DNA of 64,000 nucleotides from a virus (taxonomy: Duplodnaviria; Caudoviricetes), in IMG/VR virus record IMGVR_UViG_3300032290_001086. The stretch is one strand, 5' to 3'. A program made the translations under genes and the position numbers. This document shows positions 1 through 7,535 of this stretch, one piece after another (positions within the stretch are counted from its first letter, which is position 1; every line of letters starts with the position of its first letter). The notes under the pieces were generated by a model, which worked only from the letters and a program-made list of their open reading frames with translations, made no database searches and was not told where the DNA came from.

Positions 1-141
1 AATCCACTACCTTGGACTGAACATTGGCTAAATTCTAAAATGATGCAAAATGCCCCGCAAGAAACAGAAATTGAAAGCTATGTTATTGGCGGCATTAAAC
101 AAGACGTTAAAAAGGATACTTTTTCGGGGTTCAAACTCTAA
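1..141 (+). CDS. nrdB: Ribonucleotide reductase beta subunit, C-terminal fragment
   Basis: Frame 1 reads NPLPWTEHWLNSKMMQNAPQETEIESYVIGGIKQDVKKDTFSGFKL*, the class Ia R2 C-terminus (APQETE..SY). Confidence 0.9.
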   Translation, partial: NPLPWTEHWLNSKMMQNAPQETEIESYVIGGIKQDVKKDTFSGFKL

Positions 142-182
142 GAAAATACCGCAAAAAATTAAAATACCAGACCCTTGGTTTT

Positions 183-190
183 TATAAATA
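183..190 (+). promoter_or_regulatory. T4-type late promoter
   Basis: TATAAATA 30 nt upstream of the ATG at 221. Confidence 0.7.
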
Positions 191-220
191 ATATTATAAA
201 AAATAAATACATTAACAAAA

Positions 221-1174
221 ATGGCATTTACTCAGAAACTTTACGAAGCATATGCTGCAGTATATGATGAAGAACTTAGAGTTTCTTTATCTGAAGAAGC
301 AGAACTATTTGAAGATGTAGATTATCTTTATGATGAAGAACTAGAAGAGATTGTTGATGAAACAATCGAAGCTATGGTAGAAGAAGGTTATGACCTAGAT
401 GAAATTGAAGAAGCTTTTGACGAAATTCTAGAAGAAGCTACAGTAACTACTGGTCGTGGAGGCTATACTAAGCTAAGCTCAGATAAGCGTTCTGCACCAG
501 TAACTACTGGTCAAGGTACTGCAATGCGTCAGCAAGCAAGACGTACTGCAGTAGTTTCTGCTGCTCGTCAACGTCAAGCACAAGCAGTTAAGGATGCTCC
601 AGGAGCAGCTGCAGCTCGTGTTAAGGGTGCAGTTCAGAGCGGTGTAGCAAAAGCTAGAAAGGCTGTAGACACCGCTGCTGGAGATTATGCTGCTAAAAAC
701 AAACTAGTAACTGGCAAGAAAGGTCAAGCACTCAACAGAAGTGCTATCGGCATGAAGCAAGCATCCAAGGATCCTGCTGGCCGTAGAGGAGTTCGTTCTG
801 CAGTTGTTGGTCATCTTGCAACCAGAGCTGCAAATAAGCTTCAGCGTGGAGTTGAAAAAGTTAAAGGTGCAGTTAAGTCTGCTGGTCAAGCTGCAGTAGC
901 AAAAACTAAGTCTTCAAGTGATGCTGCTCAGGCTAAGATGCAAGCTGCAGGTTCTGCTACCAAGAAAGCTGGTAAGGGACTTCTTGGTAGAGTTGCAAGA
1001 AAGGTAGCTTCTGGTGCAGGTAAACTAGCATCCAGACTAGGGGAAGAAGTTGATGTATATGATGTAGTTCTTGATCACCTTCTATCTGAAGGGTATGCAG
1101 AAACTCCAGAAGCAGCACAAGCTATCATGGTTAATATGTCAGATGCATGGATCTCTGAGATTCTAGAAGATTGA
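221..1174 (+). CDS. Hypothetical late protein, probable internal head protein (acidic ends, Ala/Lys/Arg-rich core)
   Basis: 317 aa ORF after a late promoter; C-terminal YDVVLDHLLSEGYAET...MVNMS motif typical of cyanomyovirus proteins. Confidence 0.6.
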   Translation: MAFTQKLYEAYAAVYDEELRVSLSEEAELFEDVDYLYDEELEEIVDETIEAMVEEGYDLDEIEEAFDEILEEATVTTGRGGYTKLSSDKRSAPVTTGQGTAMRQQARRTAVVSAARQRQAQAVKDAPGAAAARVKGAVQSGVAKARKAVDTAAGDYAAKNKLVTGKKGQALNRSAIGMKQASKDPAGRRGVRSAVVGHLATRAANKLQRGVEKVKGAVKSAGQAAVAKTKSSSDAAQAKMQAAGSATKKAGKGLLGRVARKVASGAGKLASRLGEEVDVYDVVLDHLLSEGYAETPEAAQAIMVNMSDAWISEILED

Positions 1175-1197
1175 ATTTAAAGTAAAATAATGCACGA

Positions 1198-1222
1198 AGA
1201 GGTCCTATGGGACCTCTTTTTT
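1198..1222 (+). terminator. Intrinsic terminator
   Basis: AGAGGTCC-tatg-GGACCTCT followed by a T-run. Confidence 0.85.
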
Positions 1223-1297
1223 ATGCTTGTAATCCCCAGTAAAATCAAGTAAAAACCATAGGTTTTTAGTGCTTAATTCAAAAAGCCTGCTGAGGGG

Positions 1298-1326
1298 TTG
1301 ACAGGACGATTAAAACCTGCTAAAAT
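1298..1326 (+). promoter_or_regulatory. Sigma70-type early promoter
   Basis: TTGACA-17 bp-TAAAAT with extended TG. Confidence 0.75.
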
Positions 1327-1380
1327 TCACTCTGTTAGGGGTGAGATAAATATCTGAGATAATACTTAAAGAGATATATA

Positions 1381-1719
1381 ATGAAACCTCAAAGTGCTAA
1401 AGCTAAAGGTAGGAATCTACAAAAATGGGTTAGAGAACAGCTTATAGAACAATTAGAAATACATCCTGAAGATATTGAATCTCGTTCTATGGGTGCTGGC
1501 GGGGAAGACCTAATTATGGCTAGAGCCGCTAGAAGTAAATTTCCTTTTTCTATTGAATGTAAAAATGTAGAAAAACTAAATGTATGGGAAGCTTATGAAC
1601 AAGCTAAAGCTAACTCAGGTGATTATGAACCTATTGTTGTTATGAAAAAGAATCACAAAAAACCTTTAGTCGTTGTTGATGCAGAATACTTTATCAAACT
1701 ATTTGGAGAACTAAAATGA
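1381..1719 (+). CDS. PD-(D/E)XK nuclease, Holliday junction resolvase-like
   Basis: KAKGR...GEDLIM...SIECKN motif. Confidence 0.65.
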   Translation: MKPQSAKAKGRNLQKWVREQLIEQLEIHPEDIESRSMGAGGEDLIMARAARSKFPFSIECKNVEKLNVWEAYEQAKANSGDYEPIVVMKKNHKKPLVVVDAEYFIKLFGELK

Positions 1720-2408
1720 AAATCGACTTACATAACTTTTTTAAACATTATGATGAAACCAATCCAAAGCATGTTGCTGCGGTAGAAGAATTTGAAAAAA
1801 CTCTTGAAAAGAAAGCACCAGAAGAAGTAGACGATACATCTAACTGGGTTAGAATTTTTAGAACTAATCCAGAAAAACCAAAATCGAATATTTTAGAAGT
1901 TCCATTCTTCCCACAAACCGATAATTACAGAGATGCTAACCGTACTTGTAACAGTTCTAGTTGTGCTATGTGTCTTGAGTATTTTAAACCTGGCACGTTA
2001 AAAGGACCAAAAGGAGATGATGCTTACGTTCAGAAAGTTTTCTCAATTGGTGATACAACTGACCATATGGTTCAAACCCGTGTGTTGGAGTCTTATGGTA
2101 TTAAGTCACACTTTAGCTATAATCTTACTTTTGATGGCCTTGACCGTGAGCTTGCTGCAGGCAGACCAGTTGTTATTGGCATTCTCCATAGGGGGACTTT
2201 ATCTTCTCCTACTGGTGGCCACATGGTTGTAGTAATTGGTAAGTTACCTAATGGCAATTATGTTGTGAATGACCCTTACGGCTCACTAAATGATAATTAT
2301 ACAGGACCAGTAACTAATGGCAAACATGCTGTATACACGAAGCAAGATTTAATGCGTAGGTGGTGTCCTAATCGTAATGACGGATGGGGTAGGGTTTTCC
2401 AACCCTGA
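1716..2408 (+). CDS. Peptidase C39-like putative endolysin
   Basis: Q..(NRT)CNSSSCAM, GGHMVVVIG and VNDPYG give a Cys/His/Asp triad. Confidence 0.8.
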   Translation: MKIDLHNFFKHYDETNPKHVAAVEEFEKTLEKKAPEEVDDTSNWVRIFRTNPEKPKSNILEVPFFPQTDNYRDANRTCNSSSCAMCLEYFKPGTLKGPKGDDAYVQKVFSIGDTTDHMVQTRVLESYGIKSHFSYNLTFDGLDRELAAGRPVVIGILHRGTLSSPTGGHMVVVIGKLPNGNYVVNDPYGSLNDNYTGPVTNGKHAVYTKQDLMRRWCPNRNDGWGRVFQP

Positions 2409-2434
2409 TAAGTTTTATAAATATCCCAAGTAAC

Positions 2435-2463
2435 TTGACAATCCAATACTGACATGGTACTAT
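2435..2463 (+). promoter_or_regulatory. Sigma70-type promoter
   Basis: TTGACA-17 bp-TACTAT. Confidence 0.7.
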
Positions 2464-2469
2464 AGTATC

Positions 2470-2540
2470 TGGTGAATAGCTCAGTGGCAGAGCGGTCAGC
2501 GATTAACTGAATTGCGAAGGTTCGATTCCTTCTTCACCTA
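2470..2540 (+). tRNA. Atypical tRNA-like gene (Asn-like, anticodon loop CGATTAA, nominal anticodon ATT)
   Basis: Acceptor GGTGAA/TTCACC, D-arm GCTC/GAGC, T-arm GAAGG-TTCGATT-CCTTC; G at position 33 instead of U. Confidence 0.6.
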
Positions 2541-2659
2541 TTGGTAACACCAACTTATATCATAAGCGATTGAGTGTTATCATTTTGTGCCCAGGAAGGT
2601 GCTCACCGAGAGGTGAGTGTACCCCCCTTCTATTGGGATGTAGAGTTCTATTAATTTAA

Positions 2660-3022
2660 ATGCGTTTTATTTCAACCCTTCTTATTGCTTCAACCCTTAT
2701 TGGATTTACGCCCCAAAAAGCTGAAGCTGCCAGCGGATGTTCCCTGGCTTCACATTATGGTGTAGGTGATGGATATCACGGCCAAACCACCGCTAACGGT
2801 GAAAGATATAATGCATATGGTAAATCCGTTGCACATAGATGGCTTCCATTCGGAACTAGGTTACGTGTCACAAATCAACGAAATGGAAAGTCAGTTATCG
2901 TGCGAGTGAATGATAGGGGTCCATATGTCGGAGGACGAGACCTCGACCTGTCCTACGGGGCATTCTCTACTATTGCTTCCCCTGGACAGGGAGTGGCTAG
3001 TATCTGTTACTCACGAGTTTAA
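2660..3022 (+). CDS. rlpA: RlpA-like (DPBB) lytic transglycosylase with signal peptide
   Basis: ASHYG..TANGERYN..AHRWLPFGT..VRVNDRGP..DLS. Confidence 0.9.
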   Translation: MRFISTLLIASTLIGFTPQKAEAASGCSLASHYGVGDGYHGQTTANGERYNAYGKSVAHRWLPFGTRLRVTNQRNGKSVIVRVNDRGPYVGGRDLDLSYGAFSTIASPGQGVASICYSRV

Positions 3023-3060
3023 CAGATAAATAATGGGGAGATTTGATTCTCCCCTTCCTC

Positions 3061-3357
3061 ATGAAAAATAATGGATTGCCAGATAACCAGAAAGATGTCG
3101 TTGACATTCTTGGCAAAGCAGGATATTTAAAAGCAGAGAATGATAAAATTAAAGTATCATTGGACTCTGCGAATACATTAAACATTCAACCAAAAGGAAC
3201 TCCATTTGGAGCAAAGGTAAGAGTAGAATCCGATGGGTCTATAACTCCAACTCTTACTTTTGACACAAAGAAGCTTAGAGATAAATCAAACTATGTTCCT
3301 CCTAAAGATTTAGTTGATGAAGCTCTAGAAAATTTTTGGGAGAATGACAATGTTTAA
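3061..3357 (+). CDS. Hypothetical protein
   Basis: ORF; ATG 3061 preferred over the track start; ATAAATA upstream. Confidence 0.6.
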   Translation: MKNNGLPDNQKDVVDILGKAGYLKAENDKIKVSLDSANTLNIQPKGTPFGAKVRVESDGSITPTLTFDTKKLRDKSNYVPPKDLVDEALENFWENDNV

Positions 3358-3793
3358 ACTCTTTGAAATTAAAGAAGGTAAGTTTAAAGTACTTCCAATA
3401 TTAAACCCTAAATATATCAAGGGATTCGTTGTTGTTTCTATCATCGCTATTATCATTGCTGGTCTTGCTGGACAATTCAAATTAGATGAGAAACAACTTT
3501 GGAAAATCTATACAGCACTAATTCAAAAATTAGGTCTGGAACAAAATCTTCCAGACATACCAGACCATCAAAAACAACTTGATGCTAAGGTAGAATTAGA
3601 AGTTGATAAAGCAATCTCAGATTATGAACGCTTGACAGGAGACTATGGGTATGTTAAGATACCAGCTCCACGGTACTCAGAAACCCCAGTTGACACTGAT
3701 GTGTGTTATACTGATGAGTGTCGAGCATTAGGAGGAGAAATCCGACTCTGTGCTCCATGGGTCCCAGACTGCCCCTTGACAAAGCAAGAATAG
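3344..3793 (+). CDS. Hypothetical membrane protein with C-terminal Cys cluster
   Basis: Hydrophobic segment GFVVVSIIAIIIAGLAG; CYTDEC...CAPWVPDC. Confidence 0.6.
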   Translation: MTMFKLFEIKEGKFKVLPILNPKYIKGFVVVSIIAIIIAGLAGQFKLDEKQLWKIYTALIQKLGLEQNLPDIPDHQKQLDAKVELEVDKAISDYERLTGDYGYVKIPAPRYSETPVDTDVCYTDECRALGGEIRLCAPWVPDCPLTKQE

Positions 3794-3804
3794 TCTGCTA
3801 TACT
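3776..3804 (+). promoter_or_regulatory. Sigma70-type promoter for the tRNA cluster
   Basis: TTGACA-17 bp-TATACT. Confidence 0.8.
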
Positions 3805-3816
3805 TAATACACAAAT

Positions 3817-3890
3817 GACTCAGTAGCTCAGTTGGATAGAGCATCTGCCTTCTAAGCAGTTGGTCGGGGGTTCAAGTCCCTCCTGAGTCG
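3817..3890 (+). tRNA. tRNA-Arg(TCT)
   Basis: Cloverleaf, loop CTTCTAA. Confidence 0.95.
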
Positions 3891-3920
3891 TGACAACTGA
3901 ATAAATTAAGGCATGAAACA

Positions 3921-4178
3921 ATGTACAAAATCAGATGCAAATGTTGCAATTCCAATCTTGAAGTAGCAACTCCAAACAGGGGACAATCTTGTAAATGTCC
4001 CAACGAAACTTACATAAGGCTTGACAACAACGGATTACCTGTTATAATAGCTCAAGACATGAGCCAAGTAGAAATGGTAACAGGATTTACTAAACCAAAA
4101 CAAAAGCAATCAAAAATGATGGAACAATTGAACACTCCAAAAAGACGAATAAGAAGACTAGATTACGAAGTTCGTTAA
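3921..4178 (+). CDS. Hypothetical Cys-rich protein
   Basis: CKCC...CKC motif. Confidence 0.65.
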   Translation: MYKIRCKCCNSNLEVATPNRGQSCKCPNETYIRLDNNGLPVIIAQDMSQVEMVTGFTKPKQKQSKMMEQLNTPKRRIRRLDYEVR

Positions 4179-4186
4179 TTTAGTCT

Positions 4187-4257
4187 GGGAGCATAGCTTA
4201 ATGGTAGAGCGGCCTGCTTATAACGGGTTGGTCTGGGTTCAATTCCCAGTGTTCCTA
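4187..4257 (+). tRNA. tRNA-Ile(TAT)
   Basis: Cloverleaf, loop CTTATAA, A73. Confidence 0.9.
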
Positions 4258-4280
4258 TTAGGAATCGACGGGTTCCTAAA

Positions 4281-4466
4281 GAATGTGGCAGAACAATCCT
4301 TGTGGTTACTCACGGGATAACGCAATAGATTAGAGGTGGTGCTCGCTGTATCGTTGAGAAATCAAAGGTATAGAACTTCCAACCAAGAAGAATCTAGGTA
4401 CTTGGAAATACGGTTGTCAGTGTAACCTTCCAGGTTGTGGGTATGACAGATTCCCACCATTCACCA
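4281..4466 (+). ncRNA. Unnamed multi-stem structured RNA ending in ACCA
   Basis: GAATG/CATTC closing stem, several internal helices, GAAA tetraloop, no ORF in the track. Confidence 0.55.
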
Positions 4467-4540
4467 CGGGATGTAGCTCAGTTTGGTAGAGCACTCGCTT
4501 TGGGAGCGAGGGGCCGTAGGTTCAAATCCTATCATCCCGA
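4467..4540 (+). tRNA. tRNA-Pro(TGG)
   Basis: CGGGATG acceptor, loop TTTGGGA. Confidence 0.95.
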
Positions 4541-4610
4541 TTACCGTTTACAGAACTTCCCTTCTGACGGTAAATACCACTAGTATATTATTCAACATAG
4601 ACCACAATCG

Positions 4611-4719
4611 CCGTTGGATAGTTTATTAGTTTGACGTTGAACTGCAAAGTCAGCATACGGATAGAGGTTAGGTCCCTGAATACTACTGGAAATATTCGGG
4701 GGTATTCACACCTAATCCA
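4611..4719 (+). ncRNA. Unnamed pseudoknotted RNA candidate
   Basis: CCGT/ACGG, TTGAC/GTCAG, TTAGGT/ACCTAA, CCCTGAATA/TATTCGGGG and TGGAT/ATCCA pairings. Confidence 0.45.
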
Positions 4720-4722
4720 TCT

Positions 4723-4796
4723 GGGGAATTAGCTCAGTTGGTAGTAGCACTTGCTTTGCAAGCAAGATGTCATCGGTTCGAGTCCGATATTCTCCA
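4723..4796 (+). tRNA. tRNA-Ala(TGC)
   Basis: Loop TTTGCAA; G3:U70 identity pair. Confidence 0.95.
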
Positions 4797-4815
4797 TTCC
4801 CTTTATATTATTACT

Positions 4816-5049
4816 ATGGGAGACTCGGTTAAGTATCAAATTGAAAAATCCAGAGAAGCACTTCGTTCTGCACTTGAACTAGGTGCAACACATGAAGATG
4901 TATGGACTCTTTCTCAGATTGCATCTGCATTGAGTACTGTTGAAGCACTACTTGCTTCACAATCACAGAAAAATTACACATTAAAAAATCCATATTACAA
5001 TGGATATGTAAGTAGTGGTATTTCTGATGATGTTATTACATTTAAATAA
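4816..5049 (+). CDS. Hypothetical protein
   Basis: MGDSVKYQ...; start moved downstream of tRNA-Ala. Confidence 0.65.
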   Translation: MGDSVKYQIEKSREALRSALELGATHEDVWTLSQIASALSTVEALLASQSQKNYTLKNPYYNGYVSSGISDDVITFK

Positions 5050-5103
5050 ATAACATCAATACTCCTCAAGCCTATCTATAGAAGCTCAAACAGAGGAGTC
5101 ACT

Positions 5104-5175
5104 GCGGAGTTAGTTCAGCGGTAGAACGCTATCCTTCCAAGTTAGATGTCGTCGGTTCGATTCCGATACTCCGCT
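5104..5175 (+). tRNA. tRNA-Gly(TCC)
   Basis: GCGGAGT/ACTCCGC acceptor, loop CTTCCAA, U73. Confidence 0.95.
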
Positions 5176-5196
5176 TCCCTCATATATGAGGTTATT

Positions 5197-5355
5197 ATGT
5201 CACTTATTTCTCAAACAGACCGTCAGATGGCTATTGAAGCTCTTGAATATTATGTTCAAAGGCTTAAAGATGATAACTGCACTCAAGCATCCATCAATGC
5301 ATTTCAAACACTTCTGAATTGGATTGAACTTGAACATTACAAACATGAACATTAA
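5197..5355 (+). CDS. Hypothetical protein
   Basis: MSLISQTDRQ...; GAGG SD before ATG 5197. Confidence 0.65.
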   Translation: MSLISQTDRQMAIEALEYYVQRLKDDNCTQASINAFQTLLNWIELEHYKHEH

Positions 5356-5521
5356 ACTTTGGTATTGTAAGCATATGAATCAGTGGAGGTGGACTCTAAC
5401 TGATGACTCTAGGCCAATTATTAAACAAGAATCTGGTCAACGTCCAAATCTTCGTGATGCAATGAATGATGTTGCAACTACTGTTGAATACTTATTAAAC
5501 ATTCATCCTGAAGAAATGTAA
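5345..5521 (+). CDS. Hypothetical cyanophage protein
   Basis: MNIKLWYCKHMNQWRWTL... Confidence 0.65.
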   Translation: MNIKLWYCKHMNQWRWTLTDDSRPIIKQESGQRPNLRDAMNDVATTVEYLLNIHPEEM

Positions 5522-5531
5522 TATTAATTAT

Positions 5532-5603
5532 CCTTGGGTAGTCTAGTGGCCAGGACACGCAGACAATGCAGTTGGAGTTTGGGTTCGATTCCCGACCTAA
5601 GGT
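5532..5603 (+). ncRNA. tRNA-like RNA with an unpaired, scrambled anticodon arm
   Basis: Acceptor CCTTGGG/CCTAAGG, D-arm GTC..GAC, T-arm TTGGG-TTCGATT-CCCGA; canonical length but no anticodon stem. Confidence 0.6.
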
Positions 5604-5861
5604 ACTAGTGGCACTGGAAAGATAAACCAGAATGCTGTAGTAAAGGGTGCAACAAGGAACGTTACATTAAACAAAGAATCCCCTCGGCCACATCGTAGAA
5701 AAAGCGAAACTGGCTTCATCATAAGTTGCTAAGTCGCTTAACGTAGGTGGACATTCTTGCCCTTAAAATCGTAGGTGCCAAAACCGCTCTTCATCCCTAG
5801 TATTCTGTGGGTGAGTGAAAGTAAAGAGTGATAACATAGGTAAAGTTATCTCCACCTACCA
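5604..5861 (+). ncRNA. Structured non-coding block (two or three folded domains)
   Basis: AAGGG/CCCTT, CCAC/GTGG, AAGCGA/TCGCTT, GTAGGTG/CACCTAC and GATAAC/GTTATC helices. Confidence 0.45.
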
Positions 5862-5864
5862 CAA

Positions 5865-5936
5865 TGGCGTGTAGCATAACGGTAATGCAAACGACTGTTA
5901 ATCGTAGGACTGTAGGTTCGATTCCTACCACGCCAG
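5865..5936 (+). tRNA. tRNA-Asn(GTT)
   Basis: Loop CTGTTAA, G73. Confidence 0.95.
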
Positions 5937-5970
5937 TTGCCGATAAATATGAGTATCGGTGAATACTAAA

Positions 5971-6237
5971 ATGAAATACAAAATTTCTTCAATGTACTGT
6001 TTTTATCAGGACGAAATTGTAGACATGTATTTCATCAATAATGTGCCATTTACATTTGAAGATATTCCTCAGATAATGCAGGATGACCCATATATTCAAA
6101 TGGAAGCGGCTAATAATCCTGAATATTCTCCAGAGGATTTATACAAAACATCTTTTTATCTAATAGATGAAGAATGTCACCCATGTCTATTTCCAGTAGA
6201 CTTGGAGAATCCTGAGGATATGCCACCAGTAGATTAG
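5971..6237 (+). CDS. Hypothetical cyanophage protein
   Basis: Acidic ORF MKYKISSMYCFY... Confidence 0.65.
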   Translation: MKYKISSMYCFYQDEIVDMYFINNVPFTFEDIPQIMQDDPYIQMEAANNPEYSPEDLYKTSFYLIDEECHPCLFPVDLENPEDMPPVD

Positions 6238-6238
6238 T

Positions 6239-6310
6239 GCCTCTTTAGCTCAGTGGTAGAGCACTCGCCTTGTAAGCGAGCGGTCATCAGTTCAAATCTG
6301 ATAGGGGGCT
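6239..6310 (+). tRNA. tRNA-Thr(TGT)
   Basis: Loop CTTGTAA. Confidence 0.95.
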
Positions 6311-6331
6311 TAAGTCTAACACTTAAAACTA

Positions 6332-6544
6332 ATGTATGAAAACCAAACAGAATTTGAATTGCATCTATTAGCATTCGGAAAAAGAGTAGAGTATATTCTT
6401 GCTGCAGAAATGGCAGGTAGAATGAATGCTAATGATGCGTATAAAGAAATCAAATTGCTATTTGAAAATCTTAAACAGTTTCGTAAATTAGAAAAGAAAC
6501 AAGACCACCCATTAGATTACGACCAAATTCCTGAACGATATTAA
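6332..6544 (+). CDS. Hypothetical protein
   Basis: 70 aa ORF in operon order. Confidence 0.65.
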   Translation: MYENQTEFELHLLAFGKRVEYILAAEMAGRMNANDAYKEIKLLFENLKQFRKLEKKQDHPLDYDQIPERY

Positions 6545-6546
6545 TC

Positions 6547-7128
6547 ATGACTATTTCACAAGGACTAGTTGACAAAGAACACGAAGAGGCTGGATTTGAA
6601 ATAATCCACCTCTCTTTTCGTAAGAGAGAATCATGCCATCTTTATGGCGGCCCAGTAAACTATTACGTTGGTAACATTGTATTTCGTCTTACAGATGAAG
6701 ATGCTATCAATCGTATGAAGTATTACATGCAAGAGAATGAAGACATTCGTGTAGCAACAGACCTAGAGTTGATGGAGAAGTATTACGAAGACCTTCACTT
6801 TGTATTTGGTGAATCAGAAGAACTTGATGAGGAACATGATGGTGAAAAATATACACCACTTGATATTCGTAACAAGAATGGTATCAAGGATGAAGATGTA
6901 TTCATTCGTGCCCATCGTCGCAACATGGCACCGCTCCATGGATTCGTTGAATACATTGAGAAATTCAATTGTTATCGAATGCACGAATACTTCCAGGACA
7001 CCCCAGTGGTTCATGGTATAATGCAGTATCTCCAAGACATGAAAGATGGTAAACCGAATCCTAGCCGCACTGTCTACCATGAGCAGTTCATCAACACCCT
7101 TGAAAACCTCTGCTGGTGGTGGGACTAG
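6547..7128 (+). CDS. Hypothetical protein
   Basis: 193 aa ORF coupled to the upstream stop. Confidence 0.65.
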   Translation: MTISQGLVDKEHEEAGFEIIHLSFRKRESCHLYGGPVNYYVGNIVFRLTDEDAINRMKYYMQENEDIRVATDLELMEKYYEDLHFVFGESEELDEEHDGEKYTPLDIRNKNGIKDEDVFIRAHRRNMAPLHGFVEYIEKFNCYRMHEYFQDTPVVHGIMQYLQDMKDGKPNPSRTVYHEQFINTLENLCWWWD

Positions 7129-7252
7129 ACAATGTGCCAAGTGCAAGACCAAACAACCCCTTGACAGCACCCACTACCAAGTGGTAAAATACTTTCGTTC
7201 TGGATTTTCGTATTATTGCAACGAATGTAATAAACCAAAACCTAGAGATTAA
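7079..7252 (+). CDS. Small zinc-finger protein resembling the N-terminal module of HNH/EndoVII endonucleases
   Basis: CAKC...YCNEC; start position uncertain. Confidence 0.45.
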   Translation: MSSSSTPLKTSAGGGTRQCAKCKTKQPLDSTHYQVVKYFRSGFSYYCNECNKPKPRD

Positions 7253-7280
7253 TAAATTCAATAAATATTGATATCACCCA

Positions 7281-7326
7281 AGTCTCGGAGTAGACTATAA
7301 ACTCTGCCCTGGTCGGGAGCAACCCC
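7281..7326 (+). ncRNA. Isolated manA-like pseudoknot module
   Basis: AGTC/GACT plus CGGAGT/ACTCTG H-type pseudoknot, then TGGTCGGG. Confidence 0.55.
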
Positions 7327-7337
7327 TTAAAATTCAA

Positions 7338-7535
7338 ATGGAACAAACAAACTATCGTTCTTTCAAGTTATCAAATGTTTGTGCTGAAATTGAAAGTGTG
7401 ATTACCACACTTAACCAAATTCAATCCCAAATGAATTTGAAAAATTATACTAAACTTCATGAAACGATTCAGAAACTTAAAGAACACAAACAGTATATTT
7501 GGCAAATATACAAAGATTTAGAAGTCTTGGAATGA
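7338..7535 (+). CDS. Hypothetical coiled-coil protein between pseudoknot modules
   Basis: 65 aa ORF. Confidence 0.55.
   Translation: MEQTNYRSFKLSNVCAEIESVITTLNQIQSQMNLKNYTKLHETIQKLKEHKQYIWQIYKDLEVLE

Noticed and set aside
4281-4466. tmRNA or RNase P RNA
   Set aside because: Too short; no G3:U70 acceptor or tag frame; no RNase P P4 consensus seen
4738-4815. ORF-track N-terminal extensions overlapping tRNAs (also 5146-5196)
   Set aside because: They run through tRNA-Ala and tRNA-Gly; downstream ATGs are better starts
5061-5099. Yfr1-like ACTCCTCA motif
   Set aside because: Only 8 of 11 nt match and they are sequestered in a stem with GAGGAGT; more likely a plain hairpin before tRNA-Gly
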